DNA from: Chrysochromulina tobinii
Lineage: Eukaryota
Assembly: GCA_001275005.1 (NCBI GenBank)
Contig: JWZX01003203.1
Coordinates: 62,001-84,012, forward strand
DNA length: 22,012 nt
Direction of reading: 5' to 3'
Position 1 is the stretch's first letter. Each line of letters starts with the position of its first letter. Positions 16,370-22,012 of this stretch are shown one piece after another. Both the position numbers and the translations under genes were made by a program. Under the pieces are notes generated by a model that worked only from the letters and a program-made list of their open reading frames with translations, ran no database searches and was not told the origin of the DNA.

Positions 16370-19300
16370 ATGGCCGACAAAGTGAAGGCCGAGGCGCAGA
16401 TTGCTGCGCTTGGGTCGGTGGCGGTCGTGAGGCCATCACCCCTGCGCGCGCTCGAGCACTTGGAGCTGGAGCTCGCGACGAGCGAGCCGTCCTCGTCGAC
16501 GAGCCACGATCTCGACGACGATCTGCAGCGGATCCTCGACGACGCGGAGGACGATGGTTCCATCGATGAACTTCTGGATGCGCAGTCGTTCACGTCGCCG
16601 GAGCGCCGTCGCGAGGAGCTGGACAAGATCCTGGAGCGCGCGGACGCACTGGCCGCGATGACCACGCGCTCGCTCGAGAGCGCGCAGCTGGAGCTTGCAT
16701 TGCAGGCACGCTCACGGCATGGGTCGAGAGTCGAGAGCCCGCGCCCGCAGATGGCGGCCGCGCTGGAGGCGGAAGCGGCGGCGGCGGCGGCGGCGGCGGC
16801 AGCGGCTTCGGATGGTGCGGAGCACGGCGCGGCCAAAGGCTTGGAGAACCCGTTGGACAAGCCCCTGCGAGATGTGGGCAGCCTCGCCGACGCCGAGGCG
16901 GCCGAGAGGCGCACGCTCGCGGCTGGGAGCGAGCGCGCGGCGCCAGAGCCGATCCGGAGCGGCGCGAGCCCGAGCGGCACGGTCGAGGAGCGGCGCCAGC
17001 TCGGGCTGGAGCTGCTGCGCGTGGTGCCGCTCGAGCAGATGGCGAAGGAGGTCGCCGATCATCTCGAGCGAGGTCGGCCGACCGCCATTGCCATGAACAC
17101 GTCCTGCGTGGCAGTGGGCACTTCGCATGGGCACGTGCTCGTCTTCGACCGGCGGCAGACGCTGCGCACGACGCTCTGGCTGTATGGTGGAGCCGGCGGG
17201 CCGACGGCGAGCGCGGTGGCGCCACCCACGGCAGCACCGTCCTGGGCATCGTCCGCGCCTCGCACGAGCCTTGGCTCATCGTTATCGTCCACCCTATCCT
17301 CCAAGTTCATCGGCGCGGGAGCTTCCATTTCAGGCGCGAAGCCGAGCGCGGGCACGCCGGGCCCCGCGATCGACGCGGTCTCGGCGGTGCGGCTGGCCGA
17401 GAACGCGAGCCTACTGCTGGCGGGGCACGCCTCGGGCGCGCTCGTCCTGTGGGATCTTGCGACCGTTACCATCCTCAAGGCATGCCCGAGCCTACACGAC
17501 AAGAGCATTTGCCACATCCGGATGCTTCACCCGTACCGACCGTTTGCGCTCACGTGCGACGCGGGCGGCACGACGCACCTGGTGACCTTTAGCCGATCGA
17601 TGGTGCTCTCGCAGTACACCGTCTCGCGCCAGTGCCTCCTCGATGGCGCCGCCGGCGTCGTCACTGCGCTCGAGCTGCTCACCAACTTCTTGCCACCGCC
17701 CGCCGGCGCCGGCGCCGGCGCAGCCGCCGGCGGCACCGGCGGCATCGCCCTCACACCACGTAGCCGGGAAGGGTCGGTGGCGTCAACGGCCGGCGAGTTC
17801 GTCAAGGGGGCGGCGAGCGTCGCGAGCTCCGCGGCGGCCATGGTGTCAAGTTCGTCAAGTTCGTCAAAGGGGGCGGCGAGCGTCGCCGCGGCGGCTATGG
17901 CGGTCGCCGCACACAAGGGGAGTAGTGCAACCTCAAAGCCTGCGAGCGGTGAGACGGCCGGCACGCCCCTCGAGGTCGAGGACGAGATGGCGCTCGAGAC
18001 GGCGCGAGAGTCTGCATCGCTCGTAGCGGCGCTGTGCACGCCCAAGGTGACTTTCGTCATTCGGCTCACACCGAAGGTCGAGCTACTCCAGCGCCTCACT
18101 GCGCCCGCCTCCTCGCCCGCCCGCCCTCTCAACGCGAGCTCGCCGAGCTCGCCGATCTCGCCACGGCTCGCCTGGCGGCCCGCTGACGGCATCGACTGCG
18201 CCAGGCTCGCGTTGTCGTGGGGCACGCAGCTGCAGCTGCTGCAGCTGACGACGCCCGTGACGGCGCCCGCGCTCACGACGGGTGGTGGCGCCGCCGCCGC
18301 CGCCGCCGCCGCGGCGGCGGCGGCGTTGGTGGCGACGCCGAAGCTCGAGATGAGCGCGACATGCTCTTTGCGCGTGCCCGTGTGCGGGCTGGAATGGTTG
18401 AGCGATGGGGTGCTGTTGCTCCTTGATGTGACGATGATGGTGCGCGGCGCGCTCGAAACGGCGTTCGAACCGCGCTCGGCACGGCGCTCGCACTCGAACC
18501 ACTGATGACCTCTGATGAGCACCGGATTGCCTCCCTCATCAGGTGCGCGCGCTCGACTCGGCGCTCGTCATCCTCGAAACGGTCGCTTTGGTAGAGGGCG
18601 TGCCCGCCAACCTCCCGCCCGCCTCCCTCCCGCCCGCCCCCGCCACTGCTGCCGCCGCTGCTGCCACCAGCGCTCCAACTGCCGCCGCTGCCGCCGCTCT
18701 CAGCACCGCGAAGAGCGCTAGTGCGACGACGACGCCGGCGCCGGCGCCGGCGCCGTCATTAGCGACACCGTCCTCGCTGCCCGCGTATGGGCTGAGCCCC
18801 GCACTTGTCGCCGCTCGTGTGTCGTCGTCGGCGGCGCCGGTGCCGACGACGACGGCGGCGCCGGCGTGCGCAGCACCCAACCCCGACCCGAACGTGCTCA
18901 CGCCGAATGCCCTGTGCTGCGACGGTCGGGTGCTGTACCTCTTGGGCGCCGTGGCGGGCGGTTGCGCGCTGCTGGGCGTTCGAGCGCTCACGTGGACCGA
19001 GTGGATCTCCAAATTAGGTACAACGCGCGCGCTCTGATTGCATGCTGATTGCATGCTGATTGCGTGCTGATTGTATGCTGATTGCGTGCTGATTGCGTGC
19101 TGATTGCGTGGATATTAGGACAATCCGGTCAGTGGCTCGAGGCCTTCGCGGCGGCCTGCGACCTCGTGCACCCGTCCGCGTATCCACGCGCTCAATACGG
19201 CGCGTCCGCGCTCATCTCGGCGGTCTCGTGGGAGCGGGCGCCCGCGACGGCGCGCTCGGGCGGCGGGGTCGCGGCGGGTGCGGCCGAGGAGGAGGAGGCA

Positions 19301-22012
19301 CGACTCTTCCGTGACGAGATCGCCGAGCTCTCGATCTCGATGCTCGACACGTGCGCGCCCGCGACAGCGCCGCGCGCCCCTCTGCACCGGCGCCTGATTG
19401 CCTCCGATGGCTTCGAGTTTCGTCACCGGTTGCGAGTTTCGTTATCGGCTGTGATTTTCGTCACCGGTTGCGAGTTTCGTCACCGGCTGTGAGTTTCGTC
19501 GCTCCTCAGGTACGTCCGCCTCCATTTCGAGGTGGAGCACGGCAAGCCGCCGCCGCCCGTGGCCGAGTACTTCGCCGCGCCGTCGCGGGCGCCGGCGCAC
19601 GCCGACGACGTTAGTGTGACGGCCGCGTCCCATGATGACGAAGCGCTCTCGTCTCCTGACGAAGCGGAGCGCCGTGCTGGGCGCGATCCTGACGAAGCGG
19701 AGCGCCGTGCTGGGCGTGACGAGCCGCCGGCCGACGCTGCGGAGGCGGCGATGGTCGCTTCGGATCTGCCCGAGACGACGCCCGGAGCGCCGTACCGAGC
19801 ACAGGTCAACTTTGGCGCGCTCGCGTCCGTGTGCCTCGAGCTGTGCGTCAACGTCGGTCGTCTCGACCATCTGCTCGGGCCGATCTACACTCTCTTCTGC
19901 ACCTCGAGCCGCTCACGCGAGGCATACCTTCTCGCGCTCGAGCCGTTCATCGTGACGCGCCGCGTGCCTCGCTTGCCTGGCGCGCTGCTGCTCAACATGG
20001 CGCGCCTCTTCGCGCTGCCGCCGTGCGATCCGGGCAGCGCCGCCGCATTGACCGGACACGTCGGCGCGTCGTCGTGGGCGCTGACCGGCCACCCGAGCGC
20101 CGTGGCGAGCGCATCCGTCGGCGAGCCTGGCGTCGTCGGCGGGTGGGAGCATTGCCTGATTGCGGCTGATTGCGACTGATTGCGACTGATTGCGACTGAT
20201 TGCGACTGATGAGCTCTGATGGCCTCCCTCATCAGGTGGGAGCATTGCCTGTGGCTCGCGCGCCTCGAGGCGATCCTTCTCGCCCTCACGCTCGCCGAGC
20301 GCCGAGATGAGCGCACGCCCGGCACGGCGCCCGGCACGGCGCGCGGCACGGCGCGCGGCCTCGGTGGCACGCCCCTCGAGCTGCTGCTCGCGATCTGCCG
20401 CGATCTGCGCCTGCTCTCGGCGTACGCGCATGCATGCAACGCCGTGCATGCCGACTATCACTCGCCTCTGGAGCTGATGCTCTCCATCCTCTCGACGCCC
20501 CTCGCACCCGACGACGACGTGAGGGGTGGCGGCGGCAGCGGCGGCGGCGGCGGCGACGGCGAAGGCGGCTTTGAAAGCAGTTCACACCCATCGAGCTTCG
20601 CCTCCGGTGTGAAGGCTTTGGATGAGGCTTTGGATGAGGCGTTGCTGGCGACGGCTGACGGCGCCGCGGCGGCCGTTGAACTTCATCTGCCGCCGCCGCC
20701 GCCGCTAGACAGACCCATGCGAAGAGCATGTGGCTACCGGCTGCTTCTCTACCTGCGCCACTGCCTCGAGGGCCTCACATTCCCCAGCGGCGAGCCTCTG
20801 CCTGCATCGAAGGCCGCCGCCGCGCGGGCGCAGGCGTGCGCGTACTTGTACGACCCGGAGCTCTCATCCACAAGACTCCGTCCGCTGATCGACTTTGACC
20901 CGGTGCGTGAGGAGTCCATGATGGCTCCATGATGGCTCTGTGATGGCTCTGTGATGGCTCTGTGATTGCTCTGCGATTGCTCTGCGATTGCGCTGTGATT
21001 GCGCTGTGATTGCTCTGTGATTGCTCTGTGATTGCTCTGCGAGCAGGTGGCGGCGCTCGGCGTGCTCGCGAAGGCCTTCGAGGAGCTTCCGATCCTTGAG
21101 AGATTCGAGCCCGAGGCGACGCGAGATCGCGCGAGGTCGCGCGAGCTCACGCCCGAGGCGAGCGGGACACGGCTCACGATGGTCGACGAGAGCAGCCCCG
21201 TCGGAGATCGCACCTCGCTCGGAGATCGCACCTCGCTCGGAGATCGCACCTCGCGCGTGCTCGAGCCCAATCCCAATCGGAGGTCACGCGAGGACTCCTC
21301 CTTGAGCGCTCACGACGGCGCGCCCGAAGACGGCGGGGCGATGGGGGCGATGCTCCCCGCCCATCTCCTCGTGGGCCGTCCCCCGCCCGAGGAGCAAAGC
21401 TTTGGGATGCCAAGCGCAGAGCGGATGCTCGACGCGTTGGATGCGGCCGTCATGGGCGCCCCCCCCGACGGGCCGCGCGCCGTCATGGGCTCTCCTCCTC
21501 CTCTCCAACGGGCGAGTGACGAAGCCGTGAGCCACTTCGCACGGATGGCGATTGAGCTGCGTCTTGTCTGGAGTGCGGCCGTGTCCAAAATTTGGCAGAC
21601 GCACCGGGCGAGTACGAGCTCGTCCATTTCGTCACTCGGCGCGCCACTCGCCGCCTCCCCCTCCCCCTTTGGTGAGCGGGGTGGGGGTGGGGGAGGGGGA
21701 GGTGGAGGCGCCACGCGCAGTCCCGCAACCCCCTTCCCCGCGCCCGGCGGCGGCGGCGGCGGCGATGCGGCGGTGCCGAATGCGGTGCTTCACCGCGCGG
21801 TCCTTGCGCTTGCGCAGCATGCGGCCGCGCGACGCACCGCTTCGTCAGCGGCTCATCTGGCCAGCGAGATTGGAGTGGCCAATGAGAGGAGCTCGATAGC
21901 CGCACGCGCCGCCGGCAGCGGCGGCAGCAGCGGCGGCAGCAGCAGCGGCGGCAGCGGCGGCGGCAGCGGCGGCGGCGGCGGCTGCGGCGGCTGCGGCGGC
22001 GGCGGCGGTAGC
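16370..22012 (+). CDS. VPS8: Vacuolar protein sorting 8 homologue (CORVET subunit), 3'-partial. Exons 16370..18439, 18543..19017, 19119..19350, 19510..20142, 20236..20902, 21047..>22012.
   Basis: GRPTAIA...VAVGTSHGHVLVFD, LLLAGHASGALVLWDL, LTWTEWISKLGQSGQWLEA, AYLLALEPFI, DYHSPLELM and GYRLLLYLRHCLEGLTFP occur in Vps8 order. Five GT-AG introns join the ORFs in frame, and the last exon is open to the window end. Confidence 0.85.
18440..18542 (+). other. Intron, 103 nt
   Basis: ATG|GTGCGC...CCCTCATCAG|GTGCGC, phase 0. Confidence 0.85.
19018..19118 (+). other. Intron, 101 nt, with 7 x 11-nt ctgattgYRtg array (19034-19110)
   Basis: TTAG|GTACAA...ATTAG|GACAA, phase 1; restores KLGQSGQW. Confidence 0.85.
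19351..19509 (+). other. Intron, 159 nt, with ~4.5 x 19-nt gagtttcgtcaccggYtgY array (19415-19500)
   Basis: AC|GTGCGC...CCTCAG|GTAC, phase 2; restores MLDTYVRLHF. Confidence 0.75.
19654..19719 (+). repeat. 2 x 33-nt coding tandem repeat (PDEAERRAGRD)
   Basis: tcctgacgaagcggagcgccgtgctgggcgYga occurs twice. Confidence 0.9.
20143..20235 (+). other. Intron, 93 nt, with 5 x 10-nt ctgattgcgR array (20156-20205)
   Basis: GG|GTGGGA...CCCTCATCAG|GTGGGA, phase 2; removes the stop at 20177. Confidence 0.85.
20903..21046 (+). other. Intron, 144 nt, with 11 x 11-nt YgatKgcKctg array (20919-21039)
   Basis: CCG|GTGCGT...GAGCAG|GTGGCG, phase 0; restores IDFDPVAALGVLAKAFE. Confidence 0.85.
21201..21254 (+). 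repeat. 3 x 18-nt coding tandem repeat (GDRTSL-type unit)
   Basis: tcggagatcgcacctcgc occurs three times, perfect. Confidence 0.9.
21913..22012 (+). repeat. GGC/AGC low-complexity tract (poly-Gly/Ser in the VPS8 frame)
   Basis: Direct reading of the sequence. Confidence 0.85.

Noticed and set aside
18502..18542. Intronic C/D-box snoRNAs (TGATGA / CTGA motifs)
   Set aside because: The motifs overlap as tandem CTGATGA units beside the acceptor, with no box C-guide-box D spacing and no recognisable rRNA complement.
1..22012. Autonomous transposase or reverse transcriptase, tRNA or rRNA genes
   Set aside because: No recognisable motifs in any frame; any enzyme behind the intron insertions is not encoded in this window.

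Overview
GC-rich, gene-dense eukaryotic DNA with spliceosomal introns. It looks algal; a haptophyte is an inference from gene content, the bipartite plastid presequence and intron style. Seven genes are supported. (1) The 5' part of a minus-strand gene (<1..834) that is a paralogue of gene 3. (2) A ~2000-aa PAS-NACHT-LRR (NLR-like) gene, 1215..7756 +, at least 5 exons. (3) A ~1110-aa protein with a HET/TIR-like domain, 9 near-identical 42-aa TPRs and several 'GLxxKPELN' SH3/KOW-like modules, 11701..8198 -. (4) A probably plastid-targeted 6-phosphogluconolactonase. (5) A bacterial-type putative GT-D-like glycosyltransferase. (6) A divergent FHA + forkhead + polyQ protein. (7) VPS8, running off the right end. 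Two things stand out. First, most plus-strand introns are bracketed by variable-length copies (6 to ~31 nt) of the adjacent exon and share two internal cassettes (CTGAT...TCATCAG and GCATGCAAGYGCTCACYACGG), which suggests an introner-like intron-generating process. Second, the NLR-like gene sits between two copies of the HET/TIR-like-TPR gene, a candidate innate-immunity cluster. All domain calls are motif recognition by eye; no searches were run.
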